Assembly (NCBI GenBank): GCA_048270185.1
Contig: JBLWTJ010000001.1
Coordinates: 1,152,001 to 1,216,000 of the forward strand
Origin: Bacteriovoracaceae bacterium
Lineage (GTDB): Bacteria > Bdellovibrionota > Bacteriovoracia > Bacteriovoracales > Bacteriovoracaceae
Direction: 5' to 3'
DNA: 64,000 nt
The notes under the pieces: model-generated
Told to the model about the DNA's origin: nothing
Databases searched by the model: none
What the model saw: the letters and a program-made list of their open reading frames with translations, nothing else
Shown here: in pieces, positions 19,971 to 28,402 of the stretch
How positions within the stretch are numbered: the first letter of the stretch is position 1
Layout: every line of letters begins with the position of its first letter
Program-made: the position numbers and the translations under genes

Positions 19971-20387
19971 ATGAAGAAGAATATCCTCTTTCTATGCACA
20001 GGAAACTCCTGTCGCTCTCAAATGGCCGAAGGCTGGGGCAAGGCCCTAAAAGGCGACAAGTATAACTTCTACTCTGCTGGCACAAAGAAGCATGGGCTTA
20101 ATCTCAATGCCGTAAAGGTTATGCAAGAAGCTGGTGTTGATATTTCAAATCACGAATCAAATACAACAGACGAGATTGAAGCAAAGATGGATATTGTGAT
20201 CACAGTTTGTAGTGACGCCAATGAGAATTGTCCATACTTTCCAGGTGGTAAGATCATCCATATTGGCTTTGATGACCCTCCTCGCCTAACAAAAGATTTC
20301 ACAAATGAAGAAGATATCTTACAAGTCTATCGCCGTGTGAGAGATGAAATAAAAGAGATGATAATTAATTTAGAAGAGAGAATATAA
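19971..20387 (+). CDS. arsC: arsenate reductase (LMW-PTP/thioredoxin type)
   Basis: CTGNSCRSQMAE P-loop, TVC...CP, DDP; adjacent acr3. Confidence 0.93.
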   Translation: MKKNILFLCTGNSCRSQMAEGWGKALKGDKYNFYSAGTKKHGLNLNAVKVMQEAGVDISNHESNTTDEIEAKMDIVITVCSDANENCPYFPGGKIIHIGFDDPPRLTKDFTNEEDILQVYRRVRDEIKEMIINLEERI

Positions 20388-20388
20388 G

Positions 20389-21399
20389 ATGGGATTTTTT
20401 GAACGTTATTTAAGCGTATGGGTTGCTGCATGTATTATCGCAGGAATAATCCTTGGAAAATTTTTGGGTAGCTCTATCACAGTCCTAAGTGACATGAATA
20501 TAGCAACAGTTAATATTCCTGTGGCGATTTTGGTGTGGCTTATGATCTTTCCTATGATGGTCCAAATTGATTTTAGCTCCATTGCTGACGTTGGAAAGAA
20601 TCCAAAAGGACTAAGCCTTACTATCATTATCAATTGGCTCATTAAGCCTTTTACGATGGCCTTCTTTGCTTGGCTCTTCTTCTCTAAACTCTACGCGGCC
20701 TATCTTAGTCCAGAGCTTGCCCAAGAATATATTGCAGGGGCCATTCTTCTAGGTGCTGCTCCTTGTACGGCCATGGTCTTTGTCTGGTCATATCTTACTA
20801 AGGGTGATCCAGAGTACACACTTGTTCAAGTAGCCATCAACGACTTAATCCTTCTTGTGGCCTTCATCCCTATTGTGCAATTTCTATTAGGTGTAACGAG
20901 TATCTCAATTCCTTACGATACTTTAATAAGCTCCGTTGTAATCTTTGTGGTCATCCCACTTGCAGCAGGATTCATTGCTAATAAAGTCTTGATAAAGAAA
21001 TTTGGTCTGCGTTGGTTTCAAGAAGTTTTTATGGCGCGCTTAAAGCCAATTTCTATTATCGCACTTTTAACAACTCTTGTTCTTCTCTTTGCTTTTCAAG
21101 GAGAGAAGATTCTGGCCAACCCACTCCACATTATCCTCATCGCAATTCCTCTAACAATTCAGACATACTTTATTTTCTTTGTAAGCTGGGCGGTTGGTCG
21201 CAAGATGTGCTTACCGCACAATATTCTCTCACCAGGATCAATGATTGGAGCTAGTAATTTCTTTGAGCTTGCGGTTGCTGTTGCCATCGCCCTCTTTGGC
21301 CTTAACTCAGGAGCGGCCCTAACAACTGTTGTTGGTGTTCTAATTGAAGTACCGGTGATGCTAAGTCTTGTTAAGATTGCAAATAAATGGAGATACTAA
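20389..21399 (+). CDS. acr3: ACR3 family arsenite efflux transporter
   Basis: FERYLSVWV, NWLIKPF, APCTAMVFVWS, SNFFELAVA, GVLIEVPVML. Confidence 0.96.
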   Translation: MGFFERYLSVWVAACIIAGIILGKFLGSSITVLSDMNIATVNIPVAILVWLMIFPMMVQIDFSSIADVGKNPKGLSLTIIINWLIKPFTMAFFAWLFFSKLYAAYLSPELAQEYIAGAILLGAAPCTAMVFVWSYLTKGDPEYTLVQVAINDLILLVAFIPIVQFLLGVTSISIPYDTLISSVVIFVVIPLAAGFIANKVLIKKFGLRWFQEVFMARLKPISIIALLTTLVLLFAFQGEKILANPLHIILIAIPLTIQTYFIFFVSWAVGRKMCLPHNILSPGSMIGASNFFELAVAVAIALFGLNSGAALTTVVGVLIEVPVMLSLVKIANKWRY

Positions 21400-21968
21400 A
21401 TAGAGAGAAGAGATTTTATTTCTTTTCTTACTTGATTAAGATAAAGATCTAGATCTTCAAAGTTAGAAGTATTAATAACGATACTTTCGCAATCTATCTC
21501 TAGTTTTTCTATCTTACCTTTTAAGAGAGAATCTTTAAATTCGTCTAAATTTAAATGGTCTTGATGCCCAGGATGTCTTTTTCCAGATAAGGCCCTTGTT
21601 TTAAAACGTTCAAATAAGACTGTTCCATCACATTCACAATAGATAGTTAACACTCTAGCTTTGTACTTTGAAATAATGTCACTTAATACTGGAGTATCAA
21701 ATTGGTTTGAGAAGTTACTTTCCACTATTAAGCTTTTTGATGCCTTTAGTTGTGTTTCAATAAATGAATAAAGAATTGGATAACTTGCCTTGCCAAGCTC
21801 TTTTGACCAAGCTCGATCCTTAACACCTAAACTGTCAAAGAGACTTTCTTTGATCTTATCTTTACTGATTAAAGGTAAACAAAATTCTTCGGCCAATTTC
21901 TTTGAAAGAATCGTTTTCCCAGTACACGGCAATCCAGAAATAATAATTAGAGATACAGGTTTCATCAT
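21396..21968 (-). CDS. AAA_33-like P-loop kinase
   Basis: GLPCTGKT Walker A, KDKIKESLFD, RHPGH. Confidence 0.85.
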   Translation of the reverse strand: MMKPVSLIIISGLPCTGKTILSKKLAEEFCLPLISKDKIKESLFDSLGVKDRAWSKELGKASYPILYSFIETQLKASKSLIVESNFSNQFDTPVLSDIISKYKARVLTIYCECDGTVLFERFKTRALSGKRHPGHQDHLNLDEFKDSLLKGKIEKLEIDCESIVINTSNFEDLDLYLNQVRKEIKSLLSI

Positions 21969-22801
21969 TAATTTTCAAAAAGCTTGGTAATTCCTACTAG
22001 CTTTCCATCTTCGTAGTAATTGCAAGTCTTCATACCAAACTTTGTGACAAAGTGAATGAATGTATTATCGACGATTCGAATAACGAATGAACCATCTTCA
22101 CCATTTAAGATATTGCGGTTGCCACCAGTCCCGCGAGAGTGAGAATAGTTCTTTCCATTTTCATCATATAAGAGAATTTCAGATTGCCCATCAGTTCCCT
22201 TGCCATCATCAGCGGCAAAGTAGTCGACATTTAAAACAAGACGATGGCGCTGGCCTTTGTATTTACCTTCAAAAAAATTAATCTGTCCCGAGTAAGACCC
22301 ATTAATTTTTTGCAGCTCCTTTGCATCATTAATCACTTTTGATTTTGCTAAGAAGACCGTTGGTTCAGTTATGGCCGGAATGGGAGAAAACCTCACTCGC
22401 TCGTAAGTCTTTTCTTCTGCTTTACTCATTCCAGATTCATTACGAGGCATCCCCCATCTTGAATCACTATTTCGATCTGTATTTTCTTTTGGTGCTAGTT
22501 TTTCTTTGATTGAGTTTCTGGTAATAAAGTCACTTGGATCTTTCATGATCTCTTTCACTTCATCTTTTTCGACTTTGATCTTCTCAAGACCTAAGGCCGC
22601 AAGAAAGAGCGTAAAAGCTTGCGCAAGTGCTTCATCTCCGGCCTTATCAATGACAGGGATCTCTTTGATCACTTCGACTTTCTTTTCTTTGATGACTTCA
22701 ACTTCTTTTATTTGAATTTCGGGATTTGAAACTTGAGATTTTCCAATAAAAAAACCAACTAAAGAGCTGGTAATAACTGCGATTACAAATGAGTATTTCA
22801 A
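21968..22801 (-). CDS. hypothetical protein, N-terminal membrane anchor
   Basis: 277-aa ORF with hydrophobic N-terminus, KEVEVIKEKKVEVIKE stalk, beta-rich C-terminus. Confidence 0.7.
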   Translation of the reverse strand: MKYSFVIAVITSSLVGFFIGKSQVSNPEIQIKEVEVIKEKKVEVIKEIPVIDKAGDEALAQAFTLFLAALGLEKIKVEKDEVKEIMKDPSDFITRNSIKEKLAPKENTDRNSDSRWGMPRNESGMSKAEEKTYERVRFSPIPAITEPTVFLAKSKVINDAKELQKINGSYSGQINFFEGKYKGQRHRLVLNVDYFAADDGKGTDGQSEILLYDENGKNYSHSRGTGGNRNILNGEDGSFVIRIVDNTFIHFVTKFGMKTCNYYEDGKLVGITKLFEN

Positions 22802-22817
22802 ATTATTCTTCCTTAAG

Positions 22818-23027
22818 TTAATTTAAAATATGGAGTGTTTCCTCTGTTCCATAAGTACAGTTCTCACAAGTCACCTCTTCATGGATGTAGAGGTTATCGT
22901 GGTCGGCCAAATGAGTCACAGTGAACTTAGCACCGCATTTTGGGCAACATTCAATCTGCTTCTTGACGTCGTCAATTTCGCCAAAATAACGCACGAAATT
23001 TTCAACTTTTACGGATCTTTCCTTCAT
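22818..23027 (-). CDS. small zinc-ribbon protein
   Basis: CPKC...CENC; GAGGAG RBS. Confidence 0.7.
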   Translation of the reverse strand: MKERSVKVENFVRYFGEIDDVKKQIECCPKCGAKFTVTHLADHDNLYIHEEVTCENCTYGTEETLHILN

Positions 23028-23259
23028 ATCAAGCTCCTCGTCATCTTCTATTTTACCGTAAATAAAGACTTTTCGCTTATTAAAAAGTACTTATTTCACT
23101 AAAATCAGTAACTTATGTTCATTAAATAATCCCTAGAACCTTATAATTACTACGGAGTGCGTTTGCCAAAAGTCCTTAGACACGTTAAAACGTGCTATTA
23201 TTAATAAAACGTAAGGTTGGACCACACCTACCTCTGCATAAGGAACAAAAGGACACACT

Positions 23260-24198
23260 ATGAAAAACATCGAAGCGCTAAGAAATAGCAGCGAAGATAT
23301 CCTAAATTGCCAAATCAAAGATGAAACAGGACTAAACGATTTTCAAAAAACAGCAAATGATGTTCATATTGCTATCCCAAAAGTTGGGATTGAAAGATTC
23401 CGTATTCCTCTAAACTTCGAACACCGAGACGGAACTGTTCGCTCGACTGATGCACAAGCATCAATGTTCGTCTTCCTTGAAGCTCACAAGACAGGTGCGA
23501 ATATGTCTCGCTTCTGTAACATCCTTCAAGCAGAAGGCCTTGAGAAGAATGTTAACAACCAATTCTTCGCAACAGTACTAAGAAGATACCGTACAGATCT
23601 TCGTGACTACGATACTGAGCCACTAATCCCACAAGCTCACCTAACACTAGACTTTAACTACCCAGTTAAACAACAGTCTCTTAAGTCAGGAAACTGGGGA
23701 TGGCAGTATTACAAAGTTTCAATGGAAGGTATTGAAGGACGCGATGGTATTCCACTAATCAACTTAACACTTGAGTATGAATACTCTTCAACTTGTCCAT
23801 GTTCTCTTTCAATGTCGAAACAATATGAAGAACAATACAGAAACGGTGAGACAACAGAAGGAAGTGGTATTGCTTCTGCCCACTCTCAAAGATCTGTCGC
23901 AACGATCAAAGTTACTTACAAGGCAGAGTCTAACTTCCACCTTGAAGATCTTGTTGATCTAATGAGAATTGCTCTTCCAACTGAGACTCAATCTCTTGTT
24001 AAGAGACTAGACGAGCAAGCGTTTGCCATCCTAAACGGTGACAACCCAATGTTCGTTGAGCACTCGACAAGACGTATCTCAGAAGTTCTAAACTCAGCTA
24101 AGGAGATCCTTGACTGGGAAGCTAAGGTTGAGCACTTAGAGAGTCTTCACAGCCACAATGCTGTGGGATATATCCGTAAAGAAAGACCACAAGTTTAG
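23260..24198 (+). CDS. folE2: GTP cyclohydrolase I type 2 (FolE2)
   Basis: GANMSR, YSSTCPCS, HSQRS, VKRLDEQ, FVE, ESLHSHNA. Confidence 0.95.
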   Translation: MKNIEALRNSSEDILNCQIKDETGLNDFQKTANDVHIAIPKVGIERFRIPLNFEHRDGTVRSTDAQASMFVFLEAHKTGANMSRFCNILQAEGLEKNVNNQFFATVLRRYRTDLRDYDTEPLIPQAHLTLDFNYPVKQQSLKSGNWGWQYYKVSMEGIEGRDGIPLINLTLEYEYSSTCPCSLSMSKQYEEQYRNGETTEGSGIASAHSQRSVATIKVTYKAESNFHLEDLVDLMRIALPTETQSLVKRLDEQAFAILNGDNPMFVEHSTRRISEVLNSAKEILDWEAKVEHLESLHSHNAVGYIRKERPQV

Positions 24199-24220
24199 AC
24201 TTAACAAATAAAATACTTTT

Positions 24221-24250
24221 AAGGCCCCAGAATCTGGGGCCTTTTTTTTT
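24221..24250 (+). terminator. intrinsic terminator after folE2
   Basis: AAGGCCCCAG-AAT-CTGGGGCCTT followed by T-run. Confidence 0.9.
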
Positions 24251-24270
24251 ACTTTTTTTAAATTTCTGTA

Positions 24271-24299
24271 TTGACAACTGAGGGTGAAATCCTTATTCT
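24271..24299 (+). promoter_or_regulatory. sigma70 promoter of tRNA-Val
   Basis: TTGACA-N17-TATTCT, about 20 nt upstream of the tRNA. Confidence 0.8.
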
Positions 24300-24318
24300 A
24301 ACTCCACTTCAAATCGGA

Positions 24319-24394
<76 letters not shown>

Positions 24395-24427
24395 CTTTTT
24401 TTGTGGTACATTCAAAAGAAAAAATCG

Positions 24428-24452
24428 GAACTCAAAAGAGTTCTTTTTTTTT
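24428..24452 (+). terminator. intrinsic terminator after tRNA-Val
   Basis: GAACTC-AAAA-GAGTTC followed by 9 T. Confidence 0.8.
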
Positions 24453-24544
24453 GCCTTTTTTCTTCTCTTAACATTCAATTTCATAAAACTAGCATGCCTC
24501 TTTGCATGCTTAAACGATTCTATGTTCCACTCTGCACGAAACGC

Positions 24545-24598
24545 TGACATAATTCCTGCCATGACAGCACAAAGTGACAAGTTTACTGCCATTGTCTG
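24545..24598 (+). promoter_or_regulatory. operator-like array upstream of cassette 1
   Basis: TGACA-N7-TGCCA twice (24545-24561, 24575-24591, 30-bp period) then TGTCTG at 24593. Confidence 0.5.
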
Positions 24599-24729
24599 AG
24601 AAAAATAAAAAATACTTTGCGATTTTTCGACAGATTTAATCGATAAAAATATAACCTCCACATCAAAACAACTTAATAAAAAACAAGGCTTCAAACAAAC
24701 TGTGAGAGTCTAATAAACCGGAGGAATTT

Positions 24730-25230
24730 ATGAAAAAAATTATCGCACTTGCTGCCGCACTACTAAGCGTTTCATCTTTTGCACTTGATGCATCTGATTC
24801 ATGGTCAACAATCAAAGCTGAAGTAGCTGCTGATTACGATCTATCTTTTACTGGAACAACTGTATTTGTTGGACGTCCAGTTAGCGCATTTGACGTTTGT
24901 CTTGATGGTGATCAATTCGTTACAACTAGAGAATTCCCAATTTACGAAATCGTATTTGTTGGTAGAAATCACTCAGAAGCTGACGAAGATGGTTATGCTT
25001 CAGTAATCGTTGGATACGAAATCCTTTCTTTCCCAACTACTTATACTTCATACAAAGAAGTATGTAAGAACGATGACAAAAACTGTAAGAGAGTTGCTTA
25101 CACTGTTAACCAAGATCTTGTTAAGAACGTTTCTGTAAAAGAAGTTGTTAGAAGAAATGTTGGTAAGAACGATCGTACAATCGAGAGAACACTATTTAAG
25201 AAATCTTTCGAAATCCCAGCTTGTAACTAA
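24730..25230 (+). CDS. secreted 4-Cys beta-rich protein, cassette 1 subunit A1 (unknown family)
   Basis: GGAGG RBS; signal MKKIIALAAALLSVSSFA; WSTI, FDVC, C-x6-C, IPACN; paralogue of 26116, 26929 and 28403 genes. Confidence 0.9.
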   Translation: MKKIIALAAALLSVSSFALDASDSWSTIKAEVAADYDLSFTGTTVFVGRPVSAFDVCLDGDQFVTTREFPIYEIVFVGRNHSEADEDGYASVIVGYEILSFPTTYTSYKEVCKNDDKNCKRVAYTVNQDLVKNVSVKEVVRRNVGKNDRTIERTLFKKSFEIPACN

Positions 25231-25238
25231 TAAATACA

Positions 25239-25274
25239 ATAGCTTAAGCGTTATCCCTAAGGCGCTTAAGCTAT
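25239..25274 (+). other. conserved stem-loop after A1 (TATCCCTAAG loop)
   Basis: ATAGCTTAAGCG-TTATCCCTAAGG-CGCTTAAGCTAT; homologous hairpin at 27444-27473. Confidence 0.7.
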
Positions 25275-25286
25275 ATATTTTATAGC

Positions 25287-26114
25287 ATGACTAGATTCAC
25301 GAACCTATTCATGCTATTTCAACAGCTTATGATAAAAGAAAACTCACCAAATACGGCCCTACAAAAAATGGGACTTATCGAGCAAGTCAGCTATGACCTG
25401 GATAAGAAGTTGCGCGAGTTTAAGAATGTAAAAATTGGAGTTAGGCTAATTTCGGAAAAGTCAGGAGTTAGTGAGAGAACGATCTATCGCCTACTGGCCA
25501 AAGAAAACAAACCAACTTATCAAACTCTTTATAAACTCTATCGAATTATTTTCAATACAAGCAATGAATCACTACTTCTAACCCTTGTCCCAGATGTTAT
25601 TCGTGAAGAGATTAAAAAGTGTAATCCAAATGTCATCTCCCAACAAATTCAATACCACGAAGAAGTTGAAGCACAGATGGCCTATGATCGCACTTTTGCA
25701 GAAATTTACATTATGGCAGCATGTGCACCGATAACAACAGAGCTTATTCAGTACCGCTACGGTATGAGTGGAATGTTAACTGTTGAGAAGATGCTGGAAA
25801 TGAAGACCCTTGCCCAGACAAAATCTGGTACTTATATCCTTGGTGAAAACCAAGCTAATTTTAGTGCTAAAACACTAAAGCGATTAGGTCTTTCTCTAAC
25901 AGAGAAATACTGTAAACCACAGAACGCAGAAAGCTTTGGTGAGAATATCATCTCATTCTTTGCTGATGGATTAAGTGAAGAAGCCTATGACAAATGGCTT
26001 GAAATTGATGCAAGAGCATTTCAAGAAAAAGTTGCTATTGCTAACTTAGAAAAATCAAAAGGAACAAAGAGAGCTTTTACTTTTAATGTAACAGACTCTT
26101 TAAGTGAGAAATAA
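25287..26114 (+). CDS. HTH transcriptional regulator, TIGR02147/DUF4423-like (B1)
   Basis: XRE-type HTH VRLISEKSGVSERTIYRL..ENKPTYQTL; C-terminal GLSEEAYDKWLEID..AFTF; paralogue of 27588-28385; true start may be slightly downstream. Confidence 0.75.
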   Translation: MTRFTNLFMLFQQLMIKENSPNTALQKMGLIEQVSYDLDKKLREFKNVKIGVRLISEKSGVSERTIYRLLAKENKPTYQTLYKLYRIIFNTSNESLLLTLVPDVIREEIKKCNPNVISQQIQYHEEVEAQMAYDRTFAEIYIMAACAPITTELIQYRYGMSGMLTVEKMLEMKTLAQTKSGTYILGENQANFSAKTLKRLGLSLTEKYCKPQNAESFGENIISFFADGLSEEAYDKWLEIDARAFQEKVAIANLEKSKGTKRAFTFNVTDSLSEK

Positions 26115-26115
26115 G

Positions 26116-26670
26116 ATGAAATTATTACTACTACTTCTATTATCAATATCAATCTTTGCAACAGGAGGAGTTGGTGGTACTTCAGGTGGCCCAAAACCGA
26201 AGAAAGATGATTTTGAAAAAATTGGACCAAAGACACCTTGGAGTGAAATCCAAGATATCGCAAAGATTAATAAAGAAGTTAAAATCGCTCATACAGCGAT
26301 CTTCGTTAGTCGTCCACTAAATGTCTTTGATGTATGTGTTGATGGTGACGAGTTTAGATCTGTAGCAAAAGTTCCAAAATACAAGAGAATGCTTGTTGGT
26401 AAAACTCATTTCGGAACTGATGAAGATGGCTACAAAGACGTTAAAATTGGAAATGAGTTTCTACGCTTCCCTATTAACTACACTAAGTATGAAACAAAGT
26501 GTGAGAATGACAATAGAAGATGCCGTCGCGTTAAAGTTGAAGTTAACCGTGAAACGATTAAAGAACTAGAGATTAAAAAAGTTAAGACTTATAAGCCAAA
26601 TAGTGACAATCCTAGAGAAGTCGTTCTCGATAAGAAGAGAAAGGATTACGTTATCCCATACTGTAATTAA
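26116..26670 (+). CDS. secreted 4-Cys paralogue with Gly-rich leader (C1)
   Basis: ATG 1 nt after B1 stop; signal MKLLLLLLLSISIFA then TGGVGGTSGG; WSEI, FDVC, C-x6-C, IPYCN. Confidence 0.88.
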   Translation: MKLLLLLLLSISIFATGGVGGTSGGPKPKKDDFEKIGPKTPWSEIQDIAKINKEVKIAHTAIFVSRPLNVFDVCVDGDEFRSVAKVPKYKRMLVGKTHFGTDEDGYKDVKIGNEFLRFPINYTKYETKCENDNRRCRRVKVEVNRETIKELEIKKVKTYKPNSDNPREVVLDKKRKDYVIPYCN

Positions 26671-26696
26671 GAATTAGATTTCATATAAAATACTTT

Positions 26697-26723
26697 AGGC
26701 CACTCGAAAGAGTGGCCTTTTTT
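26697..26723 (+). terminator. intrinsic terminator closing cassette 1
   Basis: AGGCCACTC-GAAA-GAGTGGCCT followed by T-run. Confidence 0.9.
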
Positions 26724-26753
26724 GACTTAAACTCCATGAAATTTACTGTATTT

Positions 26754-26800
26754 TGTCCATTTGTCATATTTGACCGATCAAACTTGGACAATGTCTGGCA
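26754..26800 (+). promoter_or_regulatory. operator-like array upstream of cassette 2
   Basis: Cluster of TGTC/GACA half-sites including GACAATGTC; TGTCTG starts 137 nt before the ATG, as in cassette 1. Confidence 0.45.
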
Positions 26801-26928
26801 AAAAACAAGTTCATCTCCACAAAAATTGTCACATTATTTTCGAGGCCATAATTTCTCCCCATAGCAAAAACTGAATAACAAATTTGTTTTAAAAACAAAT
26901 CATATCAACAAACAATTCGGAGGAATTT

Positions 26929-27423
26929 ATGAAAAAAATTATCGCTCTTGCAGCTGCAATCCTAAGTGTATCAACTTTCGCAATCGACGCTTCTGACTCA
27001 TGGTCAACAATCAGAGAAGAAGTTAAGGCTAGCCACAACCTAGTAATGTCTTCTGGATACACAGTATTTATGGGTACTACAAGAACTACTGCTTTCAACG
27101 TATGTGTAAACGGTGAAAACTTCAATACAACTACTGAATTCCCAATCTACGAATACGTAAGAGTTGGTGGTGGTAAAGATGGTGACAACTTCAAAAAAGT
27201 TATCGTTGGTTACGAAATCCTTTCTTTCCCAATCGTACGTGAAGTTACTAAGACAATTTGTTACGGTAAGAACGACAACAGATGTAAAACTGTAACTGAA
27301 ATCGAAGAGCAATCAACTGTAAAAGATATCACAATCTCTAAAATCGTAAGACGTGGTGGAGACCGTGATGACAAGCTAGTTAAGCTTTTCACAAAATCAT
27401 ACGTAATCCCAGCTTGTAACTAA
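26929..27423 (+). CDS. secreted 4-Cys beta-rich protein, cassette 2 subunit A2
   Basis: Same RBS context CGGAGGAATTTATGAAAAAAATTATCGC as A1; DASDSWSTI, FNVC, C-x7-C, IPACN. Confidence 0.9.
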   Translation: MKKIIALAAAILSVSTFAIDASDSWSTIREEVKASHNLVMSSGYTVFMGTTRTTAFNVCVNGENFNTTTEFPIYEYVRVGGGKDGDNFKKVIVGYEILSFPIVREVTKTICYGKNDNRCKTVTEIEEQSTVKDITISKIVRRGGDRDDKLVKLFTKSYVIPACN

Positions 27424-27443
27424 GATACTCGCTCGGATCACTT

Positions 27444-27473
27444 GTAAGCGTCTTATCCCTAAGAGGCGCTTAC
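27444..27473 (+). other. conserved stem-loop after A2 (TATCCCTAAG loop)
   Basis: GTAAGCGTCTTATCCCTAAGAGGCGCTTAC; homologous to 25239-25274. Confidence 0.7.
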
Positions 27474-27490
27474 TTTACCGATATAACAAT

Positions 27491-27525
27491 GGCCAAGGAT
27501 TCCCTACCTTGGCCTTTGTAATTTT
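27491..27525 (+). terminator. terminator-like hairpin between A2 and B2
   Basis: GGCCAAGG-ATTCCCTA-CCTTGGCC followed by TTTGTAATTTTT. Confidence 0.6.
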
Positions 27526-27587
27526 TACTACTTACATGAATTAACCCCTTAAAAATGATAATATTGGCCAAATTGAGATGAGGCATA

Positions 27588-28385
27588 ATGAGAGAAGAGA
27601 TTTCTAATACAATCAGTGACTTAGATACTGCCAGGCCAGTTGGTCTTAAGGCACAGGTTGCTAATGATATTAGAGAGCATCTGGCTCAATTTCGAAATGA
27701 ATCAATTGGATTAAGAAAGCTCGCTGAAAAATCAGGAATCCATCAAAGAACTCTTAAGCGTCTAATCGCTCAAGAAAACCGTCCTGGTTATCAAACGTTA
27801 GTTCGTCTCTATACCTGCCTAGTCGAATCATCAAATGGTGGTTTACTTCTAAAGAATCTTCCTGAAAAAGTCGCAAACGAAATACAAAAGAAATCTCCAA
27901 TATCAACTGAAGGTAGTCTTAAGTATAGTGAAGAGGCCAATTCAGAAATGTTCTACGACAAGGTCTTTTCAGAAATCTATTGCCTAGCTTCAATGTCTCC
28001 TATTACAAGTGAATATATTCAATACCGTTATGGGATGAGTGGAGTTGAAACAGCAGATAAGATGCATGATCTTGGAGTCTTAAAACTTACAAAGAATAAA
28101 TCATATACGACGGGTGATATTCAAATTGAATTCTCTCCAAAGCTTGTCAAAAGACTAGGACTTAACCTCGTGGAGAAATATTCAAAAACTGAAGATGTCG
28201 ATTTAGCAGAAAAGAACTTAATTGCTTTCTATGCTGAAGGACTAAGCCCAGAAGGTTACAGAGAATGGCTTAAGATTGACCAACAGGCATTCTACAAAAA
28301 GATCGAAGTAACAAAAAAAGAAGGCATGTTAGGAAATATTAAAACATTTACTTTCATGGCCACAGACACAATGAAAAAAGACTAA
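27588..28385 (+). CDS. HTH transcriptional regulator, TIGR02147/DUF4423-like (B2)
   Basis: LRKLAEKSGIHQRTLKRL..ENRPGYQTL HTH; shares IQYRYGMSG, KRLGL and GLS.E.Y..WL.ID with B1. Confidence 0.75.
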   Translation: MREEISNTISDLDTARPVGLKAQVANDIREHLAQFRNESIGLRKLAEKSGIHQRTLKRLIAQENRPGYQTLVRLYTCLVESSNGGLLLKNLPEKVANEIQKKSPISTEGSLKYSEEANSEMFYDKVFSEIYCLASMSPITSEYIQYRYGMSGVETADKMHDLGVLKLTKNKSYTTGDIQIEFSPKLVKRLGLNLVEKYSKTEDVDLAEKNLIAFYAEGLSPEGYREWLKIDQQAFYKKIEVTKKEGMLGNIKTFTFMATDTMKKD

Positions 28386-28402
28386 GAGAAAAAGGATATA
28401 AA

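Noticed and set aside
23105..23259. Riboswitch upstream of folE2
   Set aside because: No recognisable aptamer consensus or terminator/antiterminator by eye; an Rfam scan would be needed.
24491..24510. AGCATGC-N6-GCATGCT palindrome between the tRNA terminator and cassette 1
   Set aside because: Single occurrence with no counterpart before cassette 2; no function supportable.
24606..24646. Possible sigma28 promoter for A1 (TAAAAAAT-N12-TTCGACAG, or ATCGATAA)
   Set aside because: Poor match in one element each, and no equivalent at the same position upstream of A2.
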